64,000 nucleotides of DNA from Schizosaccharomyces osmophilus (Eukaryota). Position 1 is the stretch's first letter. The number at the start of each line of letters is the position of its first letter. The notes under the pieces are model-generated. The model made no database searches, was not told where the DNA came from, and was given only the letters and a program-made list of their open reading frames with translations. Below, in pieces: positions 13,394 through 24,852 of the stretch. A program made the position numbers and the translations under genes. The stretch is from positions 2,046,001 through 2,110,000 of the forward strand of contig NC_079240.1 in the NCBI RefSeq assembly GCF_027921745.1, in the 5' to 3' direction.

Positions 13394-13645
13394 ATGCTGT
13401 CATACTTTTGATGAAAATTAAAAGTTTCTTATTTGAAAGATCCGTCTATTTACCGTCTCTTATGTTTACGGCTGGTACTGCGGGAAAGCCTTTCTTCCAC
13501 TAAGGACCATAAGGTTGCGCAGCTACTCGCAAGCATCCATAAACGATGCTGGTAGATCTCGCTAGGCTGACATCAGCGTGGCTGAGGAACTGTAACGTCA
13601 CTCACAGACTGGAGACATAACTTTCCCTCTTACGTATGGCAGTAT
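13394..13645 (+). ncRNA. Candidate structured non-coding RNA of unknown family
   Basis: 12-bp terminal stem, GAAA hairpin and a multibranch domain; all G-U wobbles favour the + strand (see findings). Confidence 0.55.
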
Positions 13646-13865
13646 GAGCCTTATTTAAATTAAATCATTTAACGAGAGGTAGCGTTGATGGTAAACAAGA
13701 GGAAAGGTTTGATTACATACAAAGGAAATGAAAAAAGGGAAAACAAGAATGGATTTTGTAGGAGATTTCTTTCTTTTTTTTTCGGAATGTAATGAATGAA
13801 TTATTAAGCACAAGATGGTTTTCTTTTATATATTTTTGGTTTGTTTTGCATTTTACTGGAAAACG

Positions 13866-13897
13866 ACGCGTTTCGTCTATGTATCGGACGCGTCGCG
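13866..13897. promoter_or_regulatory. MCB (MluI cell-cycle box) cluster upstream of bgs4/sal3
   Basis: ACGCGT at 13866-13871 and ACGCGTCGCG (MCB2-type) at 13888-13897; a further ACGCGT at 14752-14757. Confidence 0.6.
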
Positions 13898-13961
13898 TCG
13901 GCCCCGAATGGGCCTTTGCCATCTTCATCCTAGTAGCATTGGGTGCACAATATCAACAAAA

Positions 13962-14067
13962 TCGACGATTGTTTCATCGTTGAATTAAATTAAAAAAAAA
14001 AACTAAAGTAGAAGCCTTTATAATATTCATTTCATTTCATATTATTCAATGATGAAACAATCGTCGA
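13962..14067. repeat. 24-bp inverted repeat with 58-nt spacer
   Basis: TCGACGATTGTTTCATCGTTGAAT (13962-13985) versus ATTCAATGATGAAACAATCGTCGA (14044-14067): 23/24 Watson-Crick plus one G-U. Confidence 0.9.
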
Positions 14068-15495
14068 GTGAGCAGTCGATAGTAATAGTAGTGCTAGCAC
14101 CGTAGTAGAAAGTTAAACCAGACAGAACAGAATATCAGCCAAATACCAGTGCTTGACCCATAGCTTTGTTCTGTAATGTTGTTATTGATTTTAGTTTTAA
14201 TTTCAATTCCACATTTCATTTACTTCTATTGCCAACAACTACTGCAGTACAATTTCCATTCATAACAAAACAAAACAAATTGAAACGACGAAAACCATTG
14301 ATTCTCTCCTATAGAAAAAAAAAACAAAAATCACTTGGACGCCTCGTTATATTTTGTTGGGACTCGTTTTATTTGCTTACGTGGCTGTCCTAAAGATCCT
14401 TATTAGCAAGCCATTTGTTTTCCCCTCTATATTAGGTTTTTGGAATTTTTTATTGTTATATATTAGTTTCCCCTAAGCTTTATAAATGCACCCCCTCACA
14501 CCAGCTTGCCGTCTTCCACGAACCAAACACACCCTGTAAACCGCTAATAAAGCAATCGTGTTCGCGTAGTCTTTTAGTTTGGTGTAAAACAAACTTTTTT
14601 GGTTAGACGCTTTGGAAAGAACCTTCTAAATTCTCGCTAGGTTCTTTTTCTTGGAATTTTACCGTTTTTCGAGGAAGTTAACCTGATTCCAAAGTCTTTT
14701 CTTTCCAAAAACCAGGATTCTCCTTTACAACTTACCGCCAACGTTTCTTAGACGCGTGGTTTTTGTAATTTGAGATCTCTGTCTTTTCACCAACTTTATC
14801 TTTGAACCGGTTGGGTTGGTCTTGTATTCTATCTTTCTTTGATTGAGATTCCTTTAGACCCCAAAAAGCCCATCGTTTTAGGGATTTCCTATTTATATCC
14901 CTCTTTGTTTGGTTCGGTTTTTTTCCGTTACATTCTTTTTATTTGTTTGGATTCGAACTTCTCTAAACAAGTTTTTTTTTCTCTTTTACGGGTCTACTAA
15001 TCGCTTAATCCTTTCGGTTTTTGTGCCCAACCCCTTTTTTTTGCACTTGCTTTTTGCAGTCTTACCAAGCTTGCTCCGTTTTCCACTTCGTTGCTTGCCT
15101 CAGTTCTGTGATTGCTTTTGTTTACGTGTAAAAAGTTTCTATCGAAATATCCTTTTCAACTTGCATTCTTTTTTATATACTTTCCTTATTCCCAGATTCC
15201 TTCTTTGCATTCAGGCATTTCCCGTCTATACTTCATTTCTTATTATACCCATAAAATTCGGAACGACAGGACGGTTTCCCATCTTTCTTTTCAGAATATT
15301 AATATAGGGAGTATCTAATCATTTCTACCCAAAAACTACAAGGTAATTTTTTCAGATAATTATTATTTTGTAAACTTGTCTGTCTTTCTCCCGATCTCGA
15401 AATTTCTTTTTTCTTTCTTTCTTTTTAACCAATTCTTGGATTTTCTGTTTTATATCCTTTTTTCGCTTTTGCGTTTTTATTGACCCCTTGCTGTT

Positions 15496-18400
15496 ATGAG
15501 TACTAATCGTGATCATCCACAAGGTTCGTCAGATCCTGCCAATAGTGGATACAGTCACGAATCTCAGGATCTTCATGATAACGCTTACCAGCGCCCTTCC
15601 GCATCCTCCTATGACCGGGAAGGTTATGATAATGGCTCGCTTTTTGAGGAGGACTACGCCGATGGCTATGATTATCCAACGGGTGTAACCGAAAGCTATG
15701 GCGACGATTATACCCCTGTTGATTCTGGTGAGGCTGGTTATCAATACGCTGCTGATAAGTCTAAGGATATCCATCCTTCTGACGAGTACGGCTCTGATTA
15801 TTCGGATTACAATGCTCGTCCTGCCGAAGATAACTTTTACAACTTGCGTGGTGATGGTCGTTACAACGGCCATGATCCTAGCTCCGACTCCCTTGCCAAT
15901 GTCTACAACAGCGTTCCTTATGGTGCTAGCCCTTATGAGTTCAGTAATTCCTCGTTTGTCGGAAACTCTGGCCCTGGTACTCCCCTGGATGCTGATAGTG
16001 CCTCTTTCTATGCTGACAGCTCTAATTTCGCTCCTAGGGAACCCTATCCTGCTTGGACTCCTGAAAACGAACTTCCTTTGACTAAGGAGGAAATTGAGGA
16101 TATCTTCATTGATTTAACCAACAAGCTTGGTTTTCAACGTGACTCCATGCGCAATATGTATGACTTTTTCATGATTCTGTTAGATTCCCGTGCCTCCCGT
16201 ATGACCCCTGATCAGGCGTTATTGACTTTGCATGCAGACTACATTGGTAGTGACCTTGCCAACTATAAAAAATGGTATTTTGCTGCTCAAATGGACCGTG
16301 AAGACGCTCTTGGTCTTTCCAGCCTTGGTGTCTATGGTGGTAAAGTTACTTCTGTCAAGGAAAAAGGTAAGCTTTTTTCAAAAAACAAAAAAGCTCCTAA
16401 AGTAGCCAAACCCCCTAAAAAGTCCCGCTTCAAGAAGAAAAAGAAGCAGGATGAGCCTGCCGAACAGGAGGACGAATATATTGACGTCAATACCGATGAC
16501 TCTTTAGAATCTGCCGAATATCGTTGGCGTTCTCACATGCGTCAAATGACCCAGTTTGAACGTGCACAACAAGTTGCTCTTTGGTTACTTTTGTGGGGTG
16601 AAGCAAATAATGTTCGATTTATGCCGGAGGTTATGGCATTCTTGTTTAAATGTGCTTATGATTATATCGCTTCTCCTGAAGCTCAAAATGTTACGGAGCC
16701 TGTTGAAGAGGGTTACTACCTGGACAACGTCATTTCACCTCTTTATCAATACATGCATGACCAACAATTTGAAATTATTGATGGTAAATATGTTCGTCGT
16801 GAACGCACGCACGATCAAGTCATCGGATATGATGACATTAACCAGTTGTTTTGGCATGCAGAGGGTATTGCACGTCTAATTTTTGAAGATGGTACTCGTT
16901 TAATTGATATTCCTGCTTCCGAGCGTTTCCTTAGACTCTCTCAAGTCCAATGGAATCGTGCATTCTACAAAACTTATTATGAAACTCGTTCTTGGCTTCA
17001 TCTCATTGTTAACTTCAATCGTATCTGGGTTATTCACTTTTGCATGTTCTGGTTCTTTATTGCTTACAATTCTCCTACTCTATACACCAAAAAGTACCAC
17101 AGAAAGGATGGACCACAACCAACTGGCGGATCCACATGGGCTGCCGTAGCATCTTCTTCCATCCTTGCTTGTATCATTATGTTGGTTGCGTCGTTTTGTG
17201 AATACTTATATGTGCCTCGCCGATTTCCGGGATCCAAACCCATTTGGAAGAGGATTATGCTAATCCTTTTGGTTTGCGGTATCAATCTTATCCCTGTTGG
17301 TTATATTTTGGTATTTTCTACTCCGGAGAAACAAACAACTGGAAGAAGAAAAGCTGTTGGTGTAATAGCATTTTTGATGTCTATTGCGACCTACCTTTAT
17401 TTCGCTCTTATTCCACTTCAATCTGCTTTTGGAAAATGGGCCGTAAAGCCAAATCGAAAGTATTTGGCCAACAAATACTTTACTGCTAACTTTGCTCCTT
17501 TGAAGTTTGACAATCAGGCCGTTTCAATTCTTATCTGGGTTTGTATTTTTACTTGTAAATTTGTCGAGTCTTATTTCTTCTTGACATTGTCTATCAGGGA
17601 TCCAATTATTGTTCTTAGTACAATGCGCCCTTACCTATGCTCAATTTATTGGGTAGGTAGTAAACTATGCTTTGTACAACCTAGAATTTTGCTTGGTATT
17701 ATGTACTTTACTGATTTAATTTTGTTTTTCTTGGATTCTTATCTTTGGTATGTTATTTTCAACACTATTTTCTCTGTTTTAAGATCATTTATCCTTGGTA
17801 TTTCGATTTTGACTCCCTGGAGAAACATCTATAGCCGGTTACCACAGAGAATCTACAGCAAAATTCTTGCTACCAACGATATGGAAATCAAATATAAGCC
17901 GAAGATTTTAATTTCACAAATCTGGAATGCGGTCGTTATTTCTATGTATCGTGAGCACTTACTCTCCATTGATCATGTTCAACGTTTGCTTTATCATCAG
18001 GTTCCAGCTGAAGAAGGACGCCGTACCTTACGTACACCGAATTTTTTCATTTCTCAGGACGACCATACCGTTCATACTGACTTCTTCCCTGCTAATTCTG
18101 AAGCAGAGCGTCGCCTTTCATTCTTTGCTCAATCAATGGCCACTCCTGTCCCTGAACCTGTTCCTGTAGATAACATGCCTACCTTCAGTGTCTTTATTCC
18201 TCACTACGCAGAAAAGATTTTACTTTCTTTGCGTGAAATTATCAGAGAGGAGGATCAGCTTTCACGTGTTACATTACTTGAGTATCTTAAACAATTGCAT
18301 CCTGTTGAGTGGGATTGTTTTGTAAAGGATACCAAGATCCTTGTTGAAGAAAATGCTCCCTATGAAGATGACTCCATGTCAGAGAAGGAAAGTGTTATCC

Positions 18401-21357
18401 GCAGTAAAATTGATGACCTCCCTTTCTACTGCATTGGTTTTAAGTCTGCTGTACCCGAATACACTCTTCGTACTCGTATCTGGGCATCTTTACGAAGCCA
18501 AACATTATATCGTACTATCAGCGGTTTTATGAATTACAGCCGTGCTATTAAGCTATTGTATCGTGTTGAAAATCCCGAAATTGTACAAATGTTTGGTGGT
18601 AACACTGATCGCTTGGAACATGAGTTGGATCGTATGGCTCGTCGTAAATTTAAGATTGTTGTCTCTATGCAACGTTATGCTAAGTTCAGCAAAGAGGAGT
18701 ATGAAAATGCAGAGTTCTTACTCCGTGCTTACCCTGATCTTCAAATTGCCTATCTTGATGAGGATCCACCTCTTGAGGAGGGTGGAGAACCCCAATTGTT
18801 CGCTGCTCTTATCGATGGTCACTCAGAAATAATGGACAATGAACGTCGCCGTCCAAAGTATCGTATTCGATTATCTGGCAATCCCATCCTAGGTGATGGT
18901 AAATCTGATAACCAAAATATGGCATTACCATTCTATCGTGGTGAATATCTTCAGTTGATTGATGCAAACCAGGATAACTATTTAGAGGAATGTTTGAAGA
19001 TTCGTAATGTTCTTTCCGAGTTTGAGGAGATGGAAACGGATAATGTTAATCCCTATTCTGAGACTGCGAAAGAAAGGAACCACAATCCTGTCGCCATTCT
19101 TGGTGCTCGTGAGTACATTTTCTCTGAAAATATTGGTATTCTTGGTGACGTCGCAGCTGGTAAAGAACAAACATTTGGTACTCTTTTCTCTCGTACACTT
19201 GCACAAATTGGTGGTAAATTGCACTATGGACATCCAGATTTCTTGAACGGTATTTTTATGACTACTCGTGGTGGTGTTTCTAAAGCCCAGAAGGGTCTGC
19301 ATGTTAACGAAGATATTTACGCCGGTATGACTGCTTTACTTCGTGGTGGCCGCATCAAGCATTGTGAGTACTTCCAATGTGGTAAGGGTCGTGATTTAGG
19401 TTTTGGATCAATTCTTAATTTCAATACGAAGGTTGGTACTGGTATGGGTGAGCAAATGCTTTCCCGTGAATATTATTATCTTGGCACACAACTTCCTTTA
19501 GACAGATTCCTTTCGTTTTATTTCGCACACCCTGGTTTCCACCTGAACAATATGTTTATTATGCTTTCTGTTCAGCTTTTCATGGTTGTCCTCCTTAATT
19601 TGGGTGCATTCTACCATGTGGTTACTGTTTGCTACTATGACAAGTCCCAGAAATTGAGTTATGACACTACGTTTGTTCCTCAAGGTTGTTATCAGCTTGC
19701 TCCAGTTTTGTCTTGGTTGAAGCGGTGCGTCATTTCTATCTTCATCGTCTTTTGGATTTCTTTCATTCCTTTGACAGTACATGAATTGATAGAACGTGGT
19801 GCCTGGAGGGCTTTAAAGAGATTTACCAAGCATATCTGCTCGTTTTCTCCCTTGTTTGAAGTATTCACTTGCCAAGTCAATTGCCAAGCTGTTGTCGCTG
19901 ATCTCTCTTTTGGTGGTGCTCGCTATATTGGTACTGGTCGTGGATTTGCTACTGTCCGCTTACCATTTTCTGTGTTGTATTCTCGATTTGCTCAGCCCTC
20001 AATTTATGCTGGTGCTCGATTTTTAATGATGTTGCTTTTTGGTACACTGACTGTTTGGGTAGCCCATTTGGTCTACTGGTGGGTATCCATTATGTCTCTT
20101 TGTGTCGCCCCCTTCTTGTTCAATCCTCATCAATTTGATTGGAATGATTTCTTTGTGGACTACAGAGAATTTATTCGTTGGTTGTCCAGAGGTAATTCCC
20201 GTACCCACGCTAATTCTTGGATTGGCTATTGCCGGCTGACTCGTACCAGAGTTACTGGTTACAAGCGCAAGGTATTAGGACAACCTAGTGATAAGATTTC
20301 CATGGATACTCCACGTGCAAAGATGAGCAGTGTGCTTTTTAGTGAAATTTTGGTTCCTGCATTGTTAGCAGCTGGTGCCGTTGTTCCCTACTTCTTTATG
20401 AACTCGATGCCCGGTAATCCCTCTTATGCTAATTGGCAAGATCATGATAAAATGTATTACACAACCGACCCGAAGACGGGTACTAACCCTATTTTACGAC
20501 TTGCAGTTGTTACTCTCGTTCCGATTGCCATTAGTTTCGGTATGGTCGGATTTTTCGGAGGCATGGCCTGCTGTATGGGTCCCTTGTTTGGATTGTGCTG
20601 CAAGAAGTTCCCCGCCGTCCTAGCTGCTATTGCTCATGCTATCCAGGTTATTATTTTCATTGTCGTTTTCGAGGTTTGCTGGTTCTTAGATGGCTGGTCG
20701 TTACCAAAGACTGTACTAGCATTTTGTGCCGTTACTGCGGTTCACAGATTTATCTTTAAGCTTCTGACTCTTCTAACCTTGACTCGTGAAGTAAAAGAAG
20801 ACAGTTCTAATATTTCATGGTGGTCAGGAAAATGGTGGGGTAAAGGATTCGGCTATCATGCATTAACTTTACCTGCACGTGAATTTATGTGTAAATCAAT
20901 TGAGCTCAATTTGTTTGCAACTGACTTTTTCTTGGGTCATTTGCTGCTTTACTTCATGCTTCCTGTAATTTGCATCCCATATGTTGACCGCTGGCACTCG
21001 GTTTTGTTGTTTTGGTTGAGACCTAGTCGCCAAATCCGCCCACCTATCTTTTCGACGAAGCAGAGCAGACTCCGCAAACGTATTGTGCGTCGTTATTCCG
21101 CTCTGTATTTCTCTATCTTGATTCTTCTTGTGATTCTGATTGTCGTACCTTTGGTTGCCGGTAAAGAAATCTGGCAAGGACTTGGAGGTGTCGACCCGAT
21201 CTCTAAGATCAGCCCCTTGTATCCTAATGGAACAATAAAAAACCTTACTGGATTGAGTATCGGCGGTGGCCTGAGACAACCTAGAGATGTCAACTGGACT
21301 GTTAACTACACTCAAAACTATGCGGGAATGAATTTCGTCTTTAATACTTCGTATTAA
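15496..21357 (+). CDS. bgs4: 1,3-beta-glucan synthase catalytic subunit (FKS family)
   Basis: 1953-aa intronless ORF with [18 protein letters not shown] and [11 protein letters not shown] motifs and many TMs; paralog assignment rests on length and neighbourhood. Confidence 0.92.
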   Translation: MSTNRDHPQGSSDPANSGYSHESQDLHDNAYQRPSASSYDREGYDNGSLFEEDYADGYDYPTGVTESYGDDYTPVDSGEAGYQYAADKSKDIHPSDEYGSDYSDYNARPAEDNFYNLRGDGRYNGHDPSSDSLANVYNSVPYGASPYEFSNSSFVGNSGPGTPLDADSASFYADSSNFAPREPYPAWTPENELPLTKEEIEDIFIDLTNKLGFQRDSMRNMYDFFMILLDSRASRMTPDQALLTLHADYIGSDLANYKKWYFAAQMDREDALGLSSLGVYGGKVTSVKEKGKLFSKNKKAPKVAKPPKKSRFKKKKKQDEPAEQEDEYIDVNTDDSLESAEYRWRSHMRQMTQFERAQQVALWLLLWGEANNVRFMPEVMAFLFKCAYDYIASPEAQNVTEPVEEGYYLDNVISPLYQYMHDQQFEIIDGKYVRRERTHDQVIGYDDINQLFWHAEGIARLIFEDGTRLIDIPASERFLRLSQVQWNRAFYKTYYETRSWLHLIVNFNRIWVIHFCMFWFFIAYNSPTLYTKKYHRKDGPQPTGGSTWAAVASSSILACIIMLVASFCEYLYVPRRFPGSKPIWKRIMLILLVCGINLIPVGYILVFSTPEKQTTGRRKAVGVIAFLMSIATYLYFALIPLQSAFGKWAVKPNRKYLANKYFTANFAPLKFDNQAVSILIWVCIFTCKFVESYFFLTLSIRDPIIVLSTMRPYLCSIYWVGSKLCFVQPRILLGIMYFTDLILFFLDSYLWYVIFNTIFSVLRSFILGISILTPWRNIYSRLPQRIYSKILATNDMEIKYKPKILISQIWNAVVISMYREHLLSIDHVQRLLYHQVPAEEGRRTLRTPNFFISQDDHTVHTDFFPANSEAERRLSFFAQSMATPVPEPVPVDNMPTFSVFIPHYAEKILLSLREIIREEDQLSRVTLLEYLKQLHPVEWDCFVKDTKILVEENAPYEDDSMSEKESVIRSKIDDLPFYCIGFKSAVPEYTLRTRIWASLRSQTLYRTISGFMNYSRAIKLLYRVENPEIVQMFGGNTDRLEHELDRMARRKFKIVVSMQRYAKFSKEEYENAEFLLRAYPDLQIAYLDEDPPLEEGGEPQLFAALIDGHSEIMDNERRRPKYRIRLSGNPILGDGKSDNQNMALPFYRGEYLQLIDANQDNYLEECLKIRNVLSEFEEMETDNVNPYSETAKERNHNPVAILGAREYIFSENIGILGDVAAGKEQTFGTLFSRTLAQIGGKLHYGHPDFLNGIFMTTRGGVSKAQKGLHVNEDIYAGMTALLRGGRIKHCEYFQCGKGRDLGFGSILNFNTKVGTGMGEQMLSREYYYLGTQLPLDRFLSFYFAHPGFHLNNMFIMLSVQLFMVVLLNLGAFYHVVTVCYYDKSQKLSYDTTFVPQGCYQLAPVLSWLKRCVISIFIVFWISFIPLTVHELIERGAWRALKRFTKHICSFSPLFEVFTCQVNCQAVVADLSFGGARYIGTGRGFATVRLPFSVLYSRFAQPSIYAGARFLMMLLFGTLTVWVAHLVYWWVSIMSLCVAPFLFNPHQFDWNDFFVDYREFIRWLSRGNSRTHANSWIGYCRLTRTRVTGYKRKVLGQPSDKISMDTPRAKMSSVLFSEILVPALLAAGAVVPYFFMNSMPGNPSYANWQDHDKMYYTTDPKTGTNPILRLAVVTLVPIAISFGMVGFFGGMACCMGPLFGLCCKKFPAVLAAIAHAIQVIIFIVVFEVCWFLDGWSLPKTVLAFCAVTAVHRFIFKLLTLLTLTREVKEDSSNISWWSGKWWGKGFGYHALTLPAREFMCKSIELNLFATDFFLGHLLLYFMLPVICIPYVDRWHSVLLFWLRPSRQIRPPIFSTKQSRLRKRIVRRYSALYFSILILLVILIVVPLVAGKEIWQGLGGVDPISKISPLYPNGTIKNLTGLSIGGGLRQPRDVNWTVNYTQNYAGMNFVFNTSY

Positions 21358-22633
21358 GGCTGATTACTATTTTTTCGTGTTAAAAGAAGTACTTTTCCTG
21401 TTTTATGCTAAATGCATAAAGTTGATGAATCATTGTTAAGAGCGATGTTTTCAGATATAAATATGGTTTTCGTATTCCGTTTCGGAATTCCTTATATATA
21501 TATATATATAGAGTATATATATTTTACTGGCATATGTTATTTACTATTTTATTGCATATGATGCAGGACTTTTCCTTTTGTTAATTATCATGCTAAGGAC
21601 AAGAGGATGGGTTGCTAATTTTTAAAAAGTTGTTCATCGTTTCTTTTTTCATTTTATTTTCTTTTTCATTCTCGTTTTTTATTTCTACAGCTTTGAAACA
21701 GATGAACCTTTTTTTTTTGTGCGGTCGCATGTCTTCGATTTAGGTAGACCTGATCTTTTACGCATCTAAAGTTTTATATACATTCTATTCCCTCCATGTT
21801 TTTTTTCTTTATCTATAGAATTAAATAAAATATCTAGTGATTTGCTTATATTCAACTTCCAGTAGTTTTCTTTTGCAGTCATCGTCTACGAATGCCTAGA
21901 AGAAACCTGCCTTTGAAAAGAGGCTCATTATTTATTGCACAAAATGGTAAAGAGCGACTTCACATTAAAAGCATGGAAGGAGGACTCGCTCTAATATGTT
22001 TTTGGTTTGTAGTTTCATGATATGTAGCCTACGCCATTTTCGTTGTTCTTCTAAACTGTTTCAGTTTTTCACGAAAGATGAAAGAATAAGCTGTAATTTA
22101 TTATCAACGACTGCGAGCATAAATTGTTGACATCTTTGGTATATTCCATGATATGAGACCAGAGGAAGGGGTCCCTAAGTATTCATGGAACAAAAAAAAA
22201 AAGTAAAGTAAATGAAGAAAATTCCTACTTAATTAGCAATCCCAAAAGCCCAACTTACAACCCAAGGAACCCGGATATTCTGTTAACCATTTTCCAAAAA
22301 AAGTATATCGAGATTTTTGAAATTATAAGCCAAATAGATTCTTAAATTCTTTTATTTCTTTTCCTCTTAAAAATCAATTAAAGAAAACCGCAACGCTCGT
22401 ACTTTGTACATCACCCTCTACTTGACTATTCTTATAAGTCGACTGAATAAAGACATAATAACCCAGTGAAATAAGCATATGATATGCTCTAATAGAGATA
22501 TCACTAAAAGAAGTTTCAGTATCGCAACACCAAGGAAATCTTCATCTTCAGATGACTTTCGTAAACAAAAGCGATTCAGTGCAAAAGAAGGAACGTTTTG
22601 TATCTACTACAGTTTTTCTAAAAGTGTTTAAAA

Positions 22634-23212
22634 ATGGTTCAATTATTTGACGGAGCTTTCTGTGCTGAACTACCAGAAAACTTTCTGAATGCTAGCGCTT
22701 TAAGGCAAATCCCTGACAATCAAGAAGTTTTTCTTCAAGATTCAAAAGAAAACTTAACTCTGATTTTGGAATTACTGGAAGCGGTAGAAAAACCTCAAGA
22801 TGCAACAGTCGCCAAGTTTCATTTCGATAGCATTGCTTTCGACAATGACGCTAGTGATTCTGTTATTTGGACAGACGTAAATCTAAGTCAAAAAGACATT
22901 CCTAAATTCCATAGCGAGCAGGCAAATGGGACACGCGCGTTTGGATGTCAAAAAATACTAGAAAAGGGAAAAAAGATAACAGACGCCGCTTCAAATGTGG
23001 CTGTACTTGTGCATGTAATCACATTGCAGGATTTTGAAACAGACATTGTATGCTCTGTAAACATCCCTTTGTCCCAAACATTGCCTTTTCCCAAAACGTT
23101 AGCAGAGGTGTCTCCTGCTGACGAGGCCGCTTTGCAAACGGCGGACAGAATCTTAAGTCAATTTACACGTTCTTTGGTTCTAGTTGACAAGAGCCTCTTT
23201 TCTGCAAATTAA
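22634..23212 (+). CDS. mog1: Ran GTPase-binding protein Mog1
   Basis: QLFDGA...ASALRQIPDNQEVF...ILELLE and C-terminal LVDKSLF. Confidence 0.9.
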   Translation: MVQLFDGAFCAELPENFLNASALRQIPDNQEVFLQDSKENLTLILELLEAVEKPQDATVAKFHFDSIAFDNDASDSVIWTDVNLSQKDIPKFHSEQANGTRAFGCQKILEKGKKITDAASNVAVLVHVITLQDFETDIVCSVNIPLSQTLPFPKTLAEVSPADEAALQTADRILSQFTRSLVLVDKSLFSAN

Positions 23213-23487
23213 TTCAAACCAAAGCACTGAAGAGTTGTCTATACCGGATTTGAACAATCGAAACTGCAATCATCTTTTTTTTTTTTTTTTTCTTTCCTTT
23301 GAAAATTTCAACCAAGAGAGAAATTAATATTTATTAAGGAAATGGAAAACAGGTATTTGGAATAAAATTCGTTGGACTCAATTGTAAAATAGAATATGAT
23401 TGGGATAACTAGTTTGATCTGAAAACTCTTTTAATACTACTGTTCCTCTTCAACCAAATTTCGTTTATGGTTTTACGCCTATATGCC

Positions 23488-24322
23488 TCAAATTCCCAAT
23501 CGGGTTCCCTTTCCAGGAAAGTTGGGATTACCAGTGCTTGGCTCTGCAATAGGCAGCGATGCATATGCCAGTTCGTCGTAGGATCGGTAACTTTTGAAGC
23601 GGTTCCCTAATGAATCAAATTTTTCTGCCCATCTATTTAAAGGTATGTGCTCAAGAATGTAAGGCGTTGCATAGCCAGCAGCAGCTCCGGAGGCATGGCC
23701 GATGAAACTGGCGTAAGGTACAAAAATGGTAGTAATAAACAAGTAAATTAGAGGAATATACTTTCCTGGAATGTAGTTTTGAATCCTTAATGAATAATTA
23801 GAACTAACGTTTAATAGAGGAATATACTTACGGCTCTTGAGGATTCTGGAGACAAGTCGCAGATATAAATGCAAAGGCCCATCCGCTGAATCCAGCAATA
23901 GAAACTGACTCCTTTGCGAAAATAAAGCGATAAGAGATAAGATGCACGAAGGCAGGGAATAGGGTATACGGCACCAATGTTATGAACATACATGCAAAAG
24001 TGCCATGCTCCTTTTCAAACTTGGCCATTAATGGGAGTAAAGATACGAAATTAAATATTATATGTAAAAGAGAGACATGTAAAAATACATATGTGTAAAC
24101 CTCGAAGACTGAAGAGAAGCATCAGTAATTCGTTTCTTTTAAGTGACTAACTTTACCTAGGCATTTTTGAAACACATTACTCCATGATAATGCCAAATAA
24201 CCCGTTGGAAAACCCGTGAAGGACATCAGCTGAATGAACAACGCTGTCCATGCTACGGTCTTAGTCCATAACGGTAGACTCTGAAAGAAATCCCGACAGC
24301 GCTCCAATACTTTCGAAATCAT
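23488..24322 (-). CDS. rbd2: Rhomboid protease, 3 exons
   Basis: H..LLHIIFN, catalytic GFSG and GHASG, C-terminal SHP box FPGKGTRLG. Confidence 0.88.
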
Positions 24323-24852
24323 TTCCTATTTCTCAATCCTTTTTCTTTATTTTAGTCTAAAGAATATTTATAGACATCCGCAACAGGAATTCGTATCATG
24401 TGTAAGCAAAGTCGTTATAACAGCAGTAGGCTATTTTCAGCTTGAGTATGATGTCTAAACCCGCTCTTTAGTAAATTTTGCTTCTAATTAAATTAATGAA
24501 ATGTAAATATATATCAGTATGATTTAACTTTCAGGAGATAAAAGTTTACTTTTCATGCTTCATACTTGGCTTTATATAGTACAGTTTTGATTTTTCTATT
24601 GAAATTTCAGTAGACAAACGGTATTGTAGTAGACTAAATATGTTCATAGTGAATAATTCACAAAGACAAGTCTAGTAGAAAGTAACGCATGACTATTTAT
24701 TATTATATAACTCATTAAAAGAACGTAGGGAATACGATTTCTTCTATGGTTCCAATTAATTATTGAAAAAACCAGAGAATAATTTAAATAAACAAAAAAT
24801 GATTTCAAATATTAACAACGTCAATGACCCTTAATGTACAGAGAATGCTAAA

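Noticed and set aside
13394..13645. Assignment of the structured element as RNase P/MRP RNA, SRP RNA, U1 or a C/D snoRNA
   Set aside because: No convincing CR-I/CR-V pair or GARAR loop, no SRP helix-8 motif, and no ACUUACC or Sm site. TGATGA follows the 5' stem, but no CTGA abuts the 3' stem.
13478..13645. Complete group I intron
   Set aside because: No S element to form P7, wrong P3 spacing, and no host exon context.
14909..15318. Phe/Leu-rich ORFs upstream of bgs4
   Set aside because: By-product of T-rich leader sequence; non-ATG starts.
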